This document shows, piece after piece, positions 1-10,203 of a stretch of 46,751 bases of DNA (its first letter is position 1; each line of letters starts with the position of its first letter). Source of the stretch: Chromatiales bacterium (lineage in GTDB: Bacteria; Pseudomonadota; Gammaproteobacteria; Steroidobacterales; BM003); the NCBI GenBank assembly GCA_029864735.1, contig JAOTSW010000003.1, positions 1 through 46,751 on the forward strand, in the 5' to 3' direction. Made by a program: the position numbers and the translations under genes. The notes under the pieces are model-generated. The model was given only the letters and a program-made list of their open reading frames with translations, did no database searches and was not told the DNA's origin.

Positions 1-2057
1 TCGCCTGAAAGCTCAGCCCGGCACCGCGCCGCGTAGTAGCGCAGAAAATCCACCGCTTCACGCCATTCCGATACCGTATCCGGCAGGGACTTGCCCGCCT
101 CACGAATGCACAGCGCCATCAGTTCCGGCATGTGCTCCTGGAACAGGTCTGCAGTCTTTTCCAGAATTTCGGCACGACGAGCCGCCGGTGTCTTGTTCCA
201 GCCCGGCTGGGCAGCGCAGGCTGCGGTAATCGCCTGGTCAACGAGCTCGGGCGTGGCATCCACCACCGAGCCTACCTGGCGTCGACGATCCGACGGATCA
301 TAAATCGCATGAGCCGTGGCTTTGGGCGTGGCGCCATTCACCACCGGTCCGACCTCCCTCTGGGTGGCCAGGGCATTCTGGATGGCCACTGACAGCCTCT
401 GTAACTCTAACGGGTCCGCAAGGTTCAGGCCCGCTGAATTAGCTCTCTGGGGAGCAAACATTTCAGCAGGCAGTCGAATCTGAGGATGGGGTATCTGGTC
501 AAAGGCCTCTACCTGGGCCACCGGGTCCGCCACCAAATCGGCGATGGGAGCGTTTTCGTCAACAATCCGATGCACAAAGGAGGTATTCGCACCGTTCTCC
601 AGTAAGCGCCGCACCAGGTAGGGCAGCAAGTCTTCATGCTTGCCAACCGGCGCGTACACCCTGCACGGAATGTTCAAACGCTCCGCAGGCACTACCTCGT
701 CATAGAGCTCTTCGCCCATGCCATGCAGGCGCTGGAATTCGAACACACGCTCCCCTGCCATGCTCAGTATGCTGGCCACGGTGTGCGCGTTATGAGTAGC
801 GAACTGGGGATAAATCTTGTCCCCCTCCTCCAGCAATACCCGGGCGCAGGCCAGGTAGGCCACATCGGTATTGGGCTTGCGGGTAAACACCGGATAGGAC
901 GCCAGGCCCTGCTCCTGTGAACGCTTGATCTCGGTATCCCAGTAAGCGCCCTTGACCAGGCGCACGCAAATGGTTCGACCGACTTCAGAGCTCAGGCGGC
1001 ACAACCAGCGCACCACTTCCAGGGAGCGTTTCTGGTAGGCCTGCACGGCAAGTCCGAAGCCGTTCCAGTCGGCCAGTTCCGGATCACGGTAAACCCGCTC
1101 GATCACTTCCAGGGACAACTGAAGACGATCTGCTTCCTCGGCATCCACGGTCAGGGCAATGCCGGCATCCCGGGCCTGTAGCGCCAAGTCCTTCAGACGC
1201 GGCGACAACTCTTCCAGCACCCGTCCGCGCTGGGCAAGCTCGTAGCGCGGAAACAGGGCCGAGAGCTTCACCGAAATACTGGGCAGGGCCTCAATAGAGG
1301 CGGACTTGTCAATCATTCCCCCAAGGGTGGTGATGGCGTCCGAGTATGCCTGCAGATAACGCCGGGCGTCCGCCGAGGTCAGGGCAGCCTCCCCGAGCAT
1401 GTCAAAAGAGTAACGAAATATCCGGTTGTCCTCTTTCTGGGAGCGCTTCATGGCCTCGGTGATATTGCGGCCCATGACAAACTGGTGCCCCATGATCTTC
1501 ATCGCCTGTCGCAATGATGCCCGCACCACCGGCTCGCCCATGCGAGACATGAGCCGGGAGAGGAAATTTGCCGGGTTTTCCATGGCCACTTCTTCGGGCC
1601 GGACGAGTTTCCCGGTAAGCATCAGCCCCCAGGTCGAGGCGTTCACGAACATGGAGTCGCTGGTACCCACGTGCTCCTGCCAGTTGCCGGTAGAGAGCTT
1701 GTCGGCAATCAGCTTGTCCGCTGTCTCGGCATCCGGTACCCGCAACAGGGCCTCGGCCAGGCACATTAGCACCACGCCTTCCTGGGAGGACAGGTCATAC
1801 TTCTTCAGGAAAGCATCCAAACCGCCCTTGCGCTTGCGATTGTTGCGCACCGCAGATACCAGGGCGGCCGCTGTCTCCTGGACCTGCTGCGACTGAGCTT
1901 CGGGCAGGCGTGCGATTTCCAGCAGCCTTCTCATGCACAGTGTTTCATCCTCCAGGTATTTTTCCTGGATCGGAAGCTGGCTGTCAGCTTGTAAGGGCGT
2001 GGATGAGGAAAAAATAATTTCTCCGGCGTCCACCGAAGCGATTTGCGTAGGATGCAC
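1..2057 (-). CDS. putA: Bifunctional proline dehydrogenase / P5C dehydrogenase PutA (3' part runs off the window start)
   Basis: Not in the ORF track because it is open at the edge. Manual translation gives GGLDAFLKKYDLSSQEGVVLMCLAEALLRVPD, SFDMLGEAA, VRLVKGAYWDTEI, RRLLENGANTSFVH and EAVDFLRYYA. Probable GTG start at 2057 with GGAG 9 nt upstream; GTG at 2033 is an alternative. Confidence 0.95.
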   Translation of the reverse strand, partial: MHPTQIASVDAGEIIFSSSTPLQADSQLPIQEKYLEDETLCMRRLLEIARLPEAQSQQVQETAAALVSAVRNNRKRKGGLDAFLKKYDLSSQEGVVLMCLAEALLRVPDAETADKLIADKLSTGNWQEHVGTSDSMFVNASTWGLMLTGKLVRPEEVAMENPANFLSRLMSRMGEPVVRASLRQAMKIMGHQFVMGRNITEAMKRSQKEDNRIFRYSFDMLGEAALTSADARRYLQAYSDAITTLGGMIDKSASIEALPSISVKLSALFPRYELAQRGRVLEELSPRLKDLALQARDAGIALTVDAEEADRLQLSLEVIERVYRDPELADWNGFGLAVQAYQKRSLEVVRWLCRLSSEVGRTICVRLVKGAYWDTEIKRSQEQGLASYPVFTRKPNTDVAYLACARVLLEEGDKIYPQFATHNAHTVASILSMAGERVFEFQRLHGMGEELYDEVVPAERLNIPCRVYAPVGKHEDLLPYLVRRLLENGANTSFVHRIVDENAPIADLVADPVAQVEAFDQIPHPQIRLPAEMFAPQRANSAGLNLADPLELQRLSVAIQNALATQREVGPVVNGATPKATAHAIYDPSDRRRQVGSVVDATPELVDQAITAACAAQPGWNKTPAARRAEILEKTADLFQEHMPELMALCIREAGKSLPDTVSEWREAVDFLRYYAARCRAELSG

Positions 2058-2183
2058 TGGGCAGATCTCCAGAACCGTTTGAATTCGCTGGCCGGCGGAA
2101 AAGCATCGGATACAGCGTAAAATTATTGGGAGGACGCAAATCTTGATAGCAAATCAGCCCAAATACAAGCCGAAACATGCTCC

Positions 2184-2609
2184 TCAGGAACTATTCTTGC
2201 AGCGCTCTAGCCAGCGCCGGTAATCACCCAGAATCCTGGCGTGATCAAAGGCCAACGGGGGCAACGCATCCAGGCTGTAAATGCCAACCGCCCTTGCATC
2301 GTCGGCGGCCACGGGCTGTCCCGCCGCCGCACCGGTAAACACCACGCTCACCGTATGTCCCCGGGAATCCCGTTGCGGATCAGAATAAACCCCAAGCATG
2401 GGGCCCAGCACGATATCCAGGCCGGTTTCCTCCCGCGCCTCTCGCACCGCCGCCTGCTCCACGGTTTCTCCCAGGTCCACAAATCCACCCGGTAACGCCC
2501 ATCCCAGTGGCTCGTAACGGCGCTCAATCAGGACAATGGGGGCCCCGGGACGATCCCGCATGGCAATAATTGCATCCACGGTCAATGCCGGGGTCTGTGG
2601 GCGGGACAT
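2184..2609 (-). CDS. Nudix hydrolase (ADP-ribose pyrophosphatase-like)
   Basis: Nudix box GGFVDLGETVEQAAVREAREETGL, plus RDSRGHTVSV, AADDA and LAFDH. Confidence 0.9.
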   Translation of the reverse strand: MSRPQTPALTVDAIIAMRDRPGAPIVLIERRYEPLGWALPGGFVDLGETVEQAAVREAREETGLDIVLGPMLGVYSDPQRDSRGHTVSVVFTGAAAGQPVAADDARAVGIYSLDALPPLAFDHARILGDYRRWLERCKNSS

Positions 2610-2611
2610 GG

Positions 2612-2989
2612 CTATCGGCCTCTCAACTGGTTGAGTTGGCGACGGGATCGTTTGTCCGGTCGAACTTCGGGCTTGGGCTCAGACAAACGGTCCAGTTGCC
2701 TTTGCTCCCTGCTCGCCTCTCTCCGGGCGATGCTCTGCTCGGTTTCCTCATAAAAAGTGGCCGCCTCGGTGGCAGGCCCACGCCTTCGGGGCATACCCAG
2801 CACCCGGATTTCCCTGGTATCGGGCTGACTTCCCACCCTTAGCAGGTCACCTTCCTGCAGCGTCCGCGCCGGTTTGACCCGTTGTTCGTTCACATGAACC
2901 AGCCCCCCACCCACGGCTTTCGCGGCCAGGGACCGGGTTTTATAGAATCGGGTGGCCCACAGCCACTTGTCTACGCGTAAACCTTCCAT
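2612..2989 (-). CDS. hslR: Ribosome-associated heat shock protein Hsp15 (S4 domain)
   Basis: LRVDKWLWATRFYKTRSLA, RRGPATEAATFYEET and RPDKRSRRQL motifs. Confidence 0.92.
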   Translation of the reverse strand: MEGLRVDKWLWATRFYKTRSLAAKAVGGGLVHVNEQRVKPARTLQEGDLLRVGSQPDTREIRVLGMPRRRGPATEAATFYEETEQSIARREASREQRQLDRLSEPKPEVRPDKRSRRQLNQLRGR

Positions 2990-3086
2990 CTGCTTGGGTA
3001 TTCCGACCGCAGCTAGCCCAATTCAGTCTACCCCAGCCAGTCACAGGGCGCAGCTATCTCGAAGGCCTACGAAATCGCTTATCTGC

Positions 3087-3095
3087 TGCTATAAT
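3087..3095 (+). promoter_or_regulatory. Extended -10 promoter for kbl-tdh
   Basis: TGcTATAAT, 31 nt upstream of the kbl ATG. Confidence 0.55.
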
Positions 3096-3126
3096 CAGCC
3101 TCCTTTGCCAACGAAGATAAAGAAAA

Positions 3127-4314
3127 ATGGATGCGGAATTTCTGAACAACCTGAAGCAGGAACTGCAGACCCTGCGCGAGACTGGACTGTTCAAGCCAGA
3201 ACGGGTGATCACCACGGCTCAACAGGCAGTCATTGGCGTGCAAAATGGCCAGCAAGTCATTAATTTCTGCGCCAACAACTACCTGGGCCTGGCAAACCAC
3301 CCCGCCCTGATCCAGGCCGCTCACGAGGCGCTGGACAAATATGGCTACGGCATGGCCTCGGTGCGCTTCATCTGCGGCACCCAGACCGTTCACAAGGAAC
3401 TGGAAGAGCGCATTTCCCAGTTCCTGGGAACCGAAGACACCATCCTGTATCCCTCGGCCTTTGACGCCAACGGCGGTTTGTTCGAAACCATCCTGACCGA
3501 GCAGGATGCCGTGATCAGCGATGCCCTGAACCACGCGAGCATTATCGACGGTATCCGCCTGTCCAAGGCCCAGCGCTTGCGCTACGCCAACAACGACATG
3601 GCAGACCTGGAAAGCAAGCTAGTCGAAGCACGCGGCGCCAGGGCGAAACTGATCGCAACTGATGGCGTATTTTCCATGGACGGCACCATTGCCAGCCTGG
3701 ACCAGATTTGTGACCTTGCCGACAAGCACGGTGCGATGGTGATGGTGGACGATTGTCACGCCACCGGCTTCATGGGCGCCAACGGACGCGGTTCCCACGA
3801 GTACCGTGACGTGGTGGGCCGAATAGACGTATTGACCGGCACCCTGGGCAAGGCCCTGGGCGGCGCCTCAGGCGGCTATGCCAGCGGCAGGAAAGAAATC
3901 GTCGACTGGCTGCGCCAGCGTTCCCGCCCCTACCTGTTCTCGAACACCGTCGCACCGGTGATTGCCGCCACGTCCATCAAGGTACTGGATTTACTCCAGT
4001 CCAGTGACGACCTGCGAACCCGCTTGCACGAAAACAGCCGCTATTTCCGCAAGGGTATGGAAGAGGCAGGCTTTACCCTGGTTCCCGGTGAGCACCCCAT
4101 CATCCCGGTAATGCTGGGTGACGCAAAGCTGGCCAGCGCCATGGCTGAACAACTGCTGGAACACGGCATTTACGTCATTGGATTTTCATTCCCCGTCGTG
4201 CCCCAGGGCAAGGCCAGGATTCGTACCCAGATGTCCGCCGGTCATACCCGCGAGCACCTGGACAAGGCCATCGCTGCGTTCACCCTCGTGGGCAAGAATC
4301 TCGGCGTCATCTAG
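3127..4314 (+). CDS. kbl: 2-amino-3-ketobutyrate CoA ligase (glycine C-acetyltransferase)
   Basis: [31 protein letters not shown] lysine in [20 protein letters not shown]; adjacent to tdh. Confidence 0.97.
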   Translation: MDAEFLNNLKQELQTLRETGLFKPERVITTAQQAVIGVQNGQQVINFCANNYLGLANHPALIQAAHEALDKYGYGMASVRFICGTQTVHKELEERISQFLGTEDTILYPSAFDANGGLFETILTEQDAVISDALNHASIIDGIRLSKAQRLRYANNDMADLESKLVEARGARAKLIATDGVFSMDGTIASLDQICDLADKHGAMVMVDDCHATGFMGANGRGSHEYRDVVGRIDVLTGTLGKALGGASGGYASGRKEIVDWLRQRSRPYLFSNTVAPVIAATSIKVLDLLQSSDDLRTRLHENSRYFRKGMEEAGFTLVPGEHPIIPVMLGDAKLASAMAEQLLEHGIYVIGFSFPVVPQGKARIRTQMSAGHTREHLDKAIAAFTLVGKNLGVI

Positions 4315-4337
4315 AACACCCATCAGGAAGAGACATT

Positions 4338-5366
4338 GTGAAAGCACTGGTGAAAAAACATGCCGAGCCCGGAATCTGGATGGACGATGTGAGCAAGCCC
4401 CCCGTGGGCCACAACGACATTCTCATCAAGATCAAAAAAACCGCTATTTGCGGCACCGACATCCACATTTACAACTGGGATGAATGGGCCAGAAAAACCA
4501 TTCCGGTACCCATGACGGTTGGCCACGAATTCGTGGGCGAAGTCGTGGAGATAGGTAGCGAAGTCAGGGGCTTCGAGCCTGGCGACCGGGTATCCGGGGA
4601 GGGACACATCACCTGTGGATTCTGCCGCAACTGCCGTGCTGGAAAGCGGCACCTTTGCCGCAATACCACTGGTGTTGGCGTAAACCGCTCGGGCTGTTTC
4701 GCTGAATACCTGAGCATTCCCGCTTTCAACGCTTTCAAGCTCTCCGATGCGATCAGTGATGACATCGCCTCAATCCTGGACCCGCTGGGCAACGCCACAC
4801 ACACGGCCTTGTCCTTCGACCTGGTGGGTGAGGATGTGCTGATTACCGGAGCAGGCCCGATCGGAATCATGGCCGTGGCTATCGCACGCTTCGTGGGCGC
4901 CCGTCACGTGGTCATCACCGATGTAAATGATTTCCGCCTGGACCTGGCTAAAAAAATGGGCGCCACCGCCACCGTCAACGCCACGCGGGACAATCTGCAA
5001 CAAGTGATGCAGGAACTGGGCATGCAGGAGGGCTTCGACGTGGGTATGGAAATGTCCGGTAACCCGCAGGCTCTTCGGGACCTGCTGGCGGCCATGCATC
5101 ACGGTGGCAAGGTGGCGCTGCTGGGGATTCCTCCCGGCGACACCTCCATCGACTGGAACCAGGTAATTTTCAAGGGCCTGGTGCTAAAAGGCGTCTATGG
5201 TCGTGAAATGTTCGAGACCTGGTACAAGATGTCCAGCATGATTCAAAGCGGGCTGGACGTCTCACCCATCATTACCCATCACTTCGGTATTGATGAATTC
5301 CAGAAGGGCTTCGATATCATGAATTCTGGCCAGTCCGGCAAAGTAATTCTGAACTGGGCTGCCTAG
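4338..5366 (+). CDS. tdh: L-threonine 3-dehydrogenase
   Basis: [25 protein letters not shown] Zn site, [18 protein letters not shown]. Confidence 0.97.
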   Translation: MKALVKKHAEPGIWMDDVSKPPVGHNDILIKIKKTAICGTDIHIYNWDEWARKTIPVPMTVGHEFVGEVVEIGSEVRGFEPGDRVSGEGHITCGFCRNCRAGKRHLCRNTTGVGVNRSGCFAEYLSIPAFNAFKLSDAISDDIASILDPLGNATHTALSFDLVGEDVLITGAGPIGIMAVAIARFVGARHVVITDVNDFRLDLAKKMGATATVNATRDNLQQVMQELGMQEGFDVGMEMSGNPQALRDLLAAMHHGGKVALLGIPPGDTSIDWNQVIFKGLVLKGVYGREMFETWYKMSSMIQSGLDVSPIITHHFGIDEFQKGFDIMNSGQSGKVILNWAA

Positions 5367-5379
5367 GCAGCCCGTTCGT

Positions 5380-7227
5380 TTATTGATCTCCGCAGAAGCA
5401 GTGCATATACACGCCGCGGGGGTCATTGAATTGCGACAGTGATTGCAGTTCATGCTTGAGCTTGTCTAGCACACCCTCGACGCTAAACGCCGACCAGGCG
5501 GCTGAGCGTTGTTGCGCCCGCCCCAGAAAGCCTGCATCCCGGAGCATGCTGATCAGCAATTTATCTGTGGGATCCAGTTCCTGCTCGATGTAGCGAACCC
5601 TGTAGTCACCCAACTCGGCCAGAGAGGCGGCGGACTCTACAGCCTCTTGCAGCCCACCCAGTTTATCAACCAGGCCCAGCTCGTGGGCCCTGGCCCCTAT
5701 CCAGACCCTTCCCTCGCCAACGCGGTCGACTTCACTGACCTCCATTTCCCTGGCTTCGGCAACCTTGGTAATGAAGTCCTCATAGCCACTGTCCACGATA
5801 GCCTGGATAATCGCCTTCACATCATCAGACAGGGGACGGTCTATACGGAAATTACCGCTTAGAGGAGCTGTTCCCACGCCGTCAACGTTCAGTCCGAGCC
5901 TTGCCAGCGCACGCGGGACCGACGGGAACATCGCGATGACGCCTATGGATCCGGTAATGGTGTTGGGGCTGGCCCAGATCTCATCCGCCGACATGGATAT
6001 CCAGTAGCCACCCGAGGCAGCAACGCTGCCCATGGAAACCACCAGCGGCTTGCCCGTCTCTTGCAAACGCAGGAGTTCTTCCCTGATAAACTCCGAAGCC
6101 AGGGCGCTTCCGCCACCGCTATCCACGCGTAACACTACGGCCTTGACCTTCTCGTCCTCGGCTGCGCGGCGAATCAATCGCGATGTGGAATCAGATCCGA
6201 TAGTGCCTGGAGGCTGCTCGCCACCAACGATGCTGCCACTGGCGACAATGACCGCGACCTGGTCTTTGCCGTGACCAACCTTCTCTGTGCCATTCAACGC
6301 GTCCAGGTAATCAAGGAAGTGAATTTGTTTGAAGCTTTCGTCTTCATCATTGACGCCGACAATCTCTTTCATGTGATCGGAAAACTCGATGCGGGACATC
6401 AGCCCATCTACGATCTTGCCCTCGAGCGCCACCTTGGCAGTGTCTCCCTTGACCGCGGTAAGTCTCGGAACATAGTCGTTCACGTAACCATCAAGTTCTT
6501 CCATGCTGATACCGCGTGCTTCGACCACACCCTGGCGGTAGGACCCCCAAAGACTGTCCAGCCATTCCTTGCTGGATGCCCGGTCTTCATCTGACATGTC
6601 ATTGCGCATGAAAGGCTCGGCAAAGGACTTGTAGGCGCCTGCACGGAAAACATTCCAGTCGATAGAGAGCTTGTCCAGGGCGTCCTTGTAGAACATCCGG
6701 TAACGCGCATAGCCATCAAGAATCACCATTCCCATGGGATGCAAATAGACGTCGTCCGCATGGGCCGCAAGGTAGTAGCTCTCCTTGCCGTAGGCGCTCG
6801 CCATGGCCACGACCGGCTTACCGCTGGTCTTGAACTCGTCTATAACCTGTCCCAATTCCTGCAACTTGGACAATCCGGCTCCGCCCATACCATCCAGGTC
6901 CAGAACCATCGCTTCAATTCGGGAATCGTCCTTGGCGCGCTTTATCGCCGTCACCAGGTCACGCATCTGGGTCTGCACTGAGGCGCCTCCCGTGGCCTCC
7001 TCCAGCGCCCGGTCCAGCGGATCACCTTCTATCTGCTCCACCAGGGCCCCGGCAGGCGCAAGGACCAGGGCCACCCCATCCGGCACCTGGTATACCTTGG
7101 GTGCCAGGCCGGCCAGCAGGATCAGGAAAAAGGCTGACAGAAGCAGCAGATGCATTATTTTCCTGGCCCCGTCCAGGGTATTCCAGAAAACCATAAAGAC
7201 CTTGGCGAAAATTGATTTTCTACGCAT
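5380..7227 (-). CDS. sppA: Signal peptide peptidase SppA, tandem 67K type
   Basis: N-terminal TM helix, GAYKSFAEPF (catalytic Lys), LRVDSGGGS, AASGGYWIS (catalytic Ser), TGSIGV. Start at 7227 or 7239 is uncertain. Confidence 0.95.
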   Translation of the reverse strand: MRRKSIFAKVFMVFWNTLDGARKIMHLLLLSAFFLILLAGLAPKVYQVPDGVALVLAPAGALVEQIEGDPLDRALEEATGGASVQTQMRDLVTAIKRAKDDSRIEAMVLDLDGMGGAGLSKLQELGQVIDEFKTSGKPVVAMASAYGKESYYLAAHADDVYLHPMGMVILDGYARYRMFYKDALDKLSIDWNVFRAGAYKSFAEPFMRNDMSDEDRASSKEWLDSLWGSYRQGVVEARGISMEELDGYVNDYVPRLTAVKGDTAKVALEGKIVDGLMSRIEFSDHMKEIVGVNDEDESFKQIHFLDYLDALNGTEKVGHGKDQVAVIVASGSIVGGEQPPGTIGSDSTSRLIRRAAEDEKVKAVVLRVDSGGGSALASEFIREELLRLQETGKPLVVSMGSVAASGGYWISMSADEIWASPNTITGSIGVIAMFPSVPRALARLGLNVDGVGTAPLSGNFRIDRPLSDDVKAIIQAIVDSGYEDFITKVAEAREMEVSEVDRVGEGRVWIGARAHELGLVDKLGGLQEAVESAASLAELGDYRVRYIEQELDPTDKLLISMLRDAGFLGRAQQRSAAWSAFSVEGVLDKLKHELQSLSQFNDPRGVYMHCFCGDQ

Positions 7228-7286
7228 AGTTTCTATCATCCATAAAATCAGCAAGGCCCAATCGTGCAGGCCCGTTTACCTCCAAC

Positions 7287-8387
7287 TTACTCTGCCGTGT
7301 AACTAATACGCCAGATTCTGCCCGCCTGGTCATCGCTGACGAGCATGGAGCCATCCTTCAGAACAAGTAAGTCCACCGGCCTGCCGCTGACGGCGCCGTC
7401 TTTTAGCCAGCCTTCAATAAAAGGTTGATAGCCCACGGGCTGACCGTTTTGCATACGCACCATACTCACCCGGTAGCCACTTTTCTCGCTGCGATTCCAC
7501 GACCCGTGCTCTGCGATAAAGGCCTGCATGCGATATTCCTCGGGGAACATATTGCCGGTATAAAACTTTACGCCCAGCGGGGCGACATGGGCGCCCAGGG
7601 CCTGTGCCGGCGGTGTGTAATTACTGCAATCATGGCCCTCGCCGAAATCCGGATCACTGATGCCGTTACCGTGGCAGTAAGGGAAACCAAAGTGCATGTC
7701 CGGACCGGTTACATGGTTAAGCTCACAGGGCGGCATGTCATCACCCATCCAGTCACGACCGTTATCGGTGAACCACAAGTCTCCGCTTTGGGGGTGCCAG
7801 GTAAAACCCAATGTATTACGCACACCCCGGGCAACAATCTCCCGATCGCTGCCGTCAGGATTCATACGCATTATGACCGCATAGCCTTTTTCATCGCACA
7901 CGTTACATGGCGCGCCAATGGATACATACAGTTTGCCATCCGGACCAAAGGCGATGTATCGCCAGCCATGATGTCTGTCACTGGGGAAATCATTCGCCAC
8001 CATCACCGGCTCGGGAGGCGACGCCAGGGAGTCTTCAATACCGGGATAGCGCATCACCTGGCTTACCGCCGCAACATAGAGATTGCCGTCACGAAATGCC
8101 ACGCCATTAGGCAAATTTAGTCCGCGGGCAATTTCCACTACCGTTCGCGTGTCGCTACCCACACCCGTGACCGCGTAAACCTTGCCCTCATTCTTGCTCG
8201 CAACGAACAAAATCCCCTTGTCGCCCATCACCATAGAACGGGCGTTGGGAATGTTCTCCACGTAGACCTCTGCCAAAAAGCCACTGGGCACAATCAATTC
8301 AGGAACCCGAGCCGCCGTGTCGCCACATGCACTGAAAAACAGCATGAACAGCCCAACAACAAAGAATTTTCCCATAAAGTTTGTCAT
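7287..8387 (-). CDS. PQQ-dependent glucose/sorbosone dehydrogenase family lipoprotein (beta-propeller)
   Basis: Lipobox FFSAC, HHGWRYIAFGPDG, GAPCNVC, GVRNTLG, DNGRD, AHVAPLG, EHGSWNR, GRPVD. Confidence 0.85.
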   Translation of the reverse strand: MTNFMGKFFVVGLFMLFFSACGDTAARVPELIVPSGFLAEVYVENIPNARSMVMGDKGILFVASKNEGKVYAVTGVGSDTRTVVEIARGLNLPNGVAFRDGNLYVAAVSQVMRYPGIEDSLASPPEPVMVANDFPSDRHHGWRYIAFGPDGKLYVSIGAPCNVCDEKGYAVIMRMNPDGSDREIVARGVRNTLGFTWHPQSGDLWFTDNGRDWMGDDMPPCELNHVTGPDMHFGFPYCHGNGISDPDFGEGHDCSNYTPPAQALGAHVAPLGVKFYTGNMFPEEYRMQAFIAEHGSWNRSEKSGYRVSMVRMQNGQPVGYQPFIEGWLKDGAVSGRPVDLLVLKDGSMLVSDDQAGRIWRISYTAE

Positions 8388-8428
8388 CTACGATCACCGG
8401 ATTAATCTGCCAAGAATCAGGCCATGCC

Positions 8429-9688
8429 TTAATCTCGCAGGAAATACAGGGTCAACTCTGGCCAGAAAGCGATAATAACCACGGACACCGCCAGAATCAG
8501 CAGGAACGGCAAGGTGGCCATGTAAATACTGGTAATGGATTTCTCGAACCTGAAACTCGCAATAAACAGGTTCAGCCCAACTGGCGGCGTCAGGTATCCA
8601 AGCTGCATGGCAGCCAGGAAAACGATGCCCAGGTGAACCGGGTTCATACCAAAGCCCTGGGCCACCGGAAGAATCAACGGCACCACCAGCACGATGGCAG
8701 AGAAAATATCCAGGATGGCACCCAGCACCAGCAGGAAAATCAGCAGCGCCACCATGAATCCGAAACGGGTATCGACCAGCGCCTCGACCATGGCAAACAA
8801 CTTGTCCGGCACTCCGGAATCAATCATGTAGTTGGTCGAGGCCAGGGAGACCGCGAGAATAATCAGGATCCCGCCTACGAGGACCATGGACTCCTGCATG
8901 ATCCTCGGCAACTGCCTCAGGGAAACCTCCCGCATGATCAATACATCAATGATCAGAACATACAAGGCTGTGACCGCGGCCGCCTCGGATACGGCGAAGA
9001 CACCACCGTAGATGCCACCCAGAACCACCACCGGCAGGGGCAGTTCCCACTTGGCCTCCCACAGGGAATCGCGTACCTCGGTCCAGGAAAACTTGCCTGG
9101 CTCGGCCCGGTTGTGACGGTTCACCCAGAAACTGTAGGCGGCCAGCATCACCACCATGAGAGTGCCCGGCAATATGCCCCCTAGAAACAAGCTGTCGATC
9201 GACACTTCGGCGACCACGCCATAAAGAATCAGGGGCAAGGACGGCGCGAACAGCAGACCGAGGCTACCAGCGGAAGTGACCAGCCCCAGGTTAAACGACT
9301 CCTTGTAGCCCGCCTCTTTAAGGGCCGGATACAGCAGAGCACCCAGCGCAATGATCGTCACGCCAGAGGCACCGGTGAATGCGGTAAACAACGCGCAGGC
9401 CGCCAGGGAGATCATGGCCAGACCGCCGGGAAGCCAGCCAAGCAACGCGTTGGAAATGCGTACCAGGCGCCGCGGGGCACCGCTTTCGCTGATCAGGTAA
9501 CCAGCAAAGGTGAATAACGGAATAGCCAACAGGATCGGGACTTCTGCAAGGCCGAAAATCTCTATACCCATGACCGACAAGTCCACATCGGCATTGGCGA
9601 AGCCCCACATGGCGCTGGCGGCTATCACCGCGAACAACGGCGCTCCCAGCAGCGCCAGCAAGACCAGTAGCAGGCTGACGACAATCAT
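8429..9688 (-). CDS. dctM: TRAP transporter large permease DctM
   Basis: LLAIPLFTFAG, FTGASGVTI, GSLGLLFAPSLP, PVHLGI, GYLTPPVGLNLF. Probable ATG at 9688 overlaps the dctQ stop (ATGA). Confidence 0.92.
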   Translation of the reverse strand: MIVVSLLLVLLALLGAPLFAVIAASAMWGFANADVDLSVMGIEIFGLAEVPILLAIPLFTFAGYLISESGAPRRLVRISNALLGWLPGGLAMISLAACALFTAFTGASGVTIIALGALLYPALKEAGYKESFNLGLVTSAGSLGLLFAPSLPLILYGVVAEVSIDSLFLGGILPGTLMVVMLAAYSFWVNRHNRAEPGKFSWTEVRDSLWEAKWELPLPVVVLGGIYGGVFAVSEAAAVTALYVLIIDVLIMREVSLRQLPRIMQESMVLVGGILIILAVSLASTNYMIDSGVPDKLFAMVEALVDTRFGFMVALLIFLLVLGAILDIFSAIVLVVPLILPVAQGFGMNPVHLGIVFLAAMQLGYLTPPVGLNLFIASFRFEKSITSIYMATLPFLLILAVSVVIIAFWPELTLYFLRD

Positions 9689-10200
9689 GCTCTCGCCCCT
9701 TCCCCACGAATCACTCTGGATGCGCTGCCCAATCCGAACACCAGGTAGCGATAAGCGATCAGGGCAAAGCCCAGGGGGATGACCGACTGGAATATCCAGG
9801 CAGGCCAATCACCCATCAACAGGTCTTCGTAAATCCGGGAATCATTCACAAAGCGATAGGAATGCCAGGCGATCAGGCCAGACACGCCCGCGGTAAAAAA
9901 CTGCACGAGGGTCATGGCGAGACTGTTCCAGCGACCCGGGAGGAATCGTGACAACACATCAATGGCAATCTGGCGATTTTGCCGGCTGGCAGCGACCGCA
10001 CCAAACATTGCCGTCCACAGCAACAAGATACGTAACACCTCGTCTGCCCAGACGAAGCCGCTATCAAAGAAATTGCGCAGAATAATTTGCGAGGACGCAA
10101 GCAAGATCATGCTGGTAAGCAATAGCACCAACATGCTGTTTTCAACCAGTCGCCCAAGGCGATCCAGTCGGGCGATGATACCTGACTGTTGCTCAGCCAC
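9685..10200 (-). CDS. dctQ: TRAP transporter small permease DctQ
   Basis: Four TM helices, WADEVLR and QIAID motifs; lies between dctP and dctM. Confidence 0.9.
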   Translation of the reverse strand: MAEQQSGIIARLDRLGRLVENSMLVLLLTSMILLASSQIILRNFFDSGFVWADEVLRILLLWTAMFGAVAASRQNRQIAIDVLSRFLPGRWNSLAMTLVQFFTAGVSGLIAWHSYRFVNDSRIYEDLLMGDWPAWIFQSVIPLGFALIAYRYLVFGLGSASRVIRGEGARA

Positions 10201-10203
10201 CGC

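Noticed and set aside
7425-9184. Plus-strand ORFs of 231 and 267 aa, and similar antisense ORFs at 41329-42102 and 44987-46024
   Set aside because: They lie antisense to well-supported genes and show no protein family signal.
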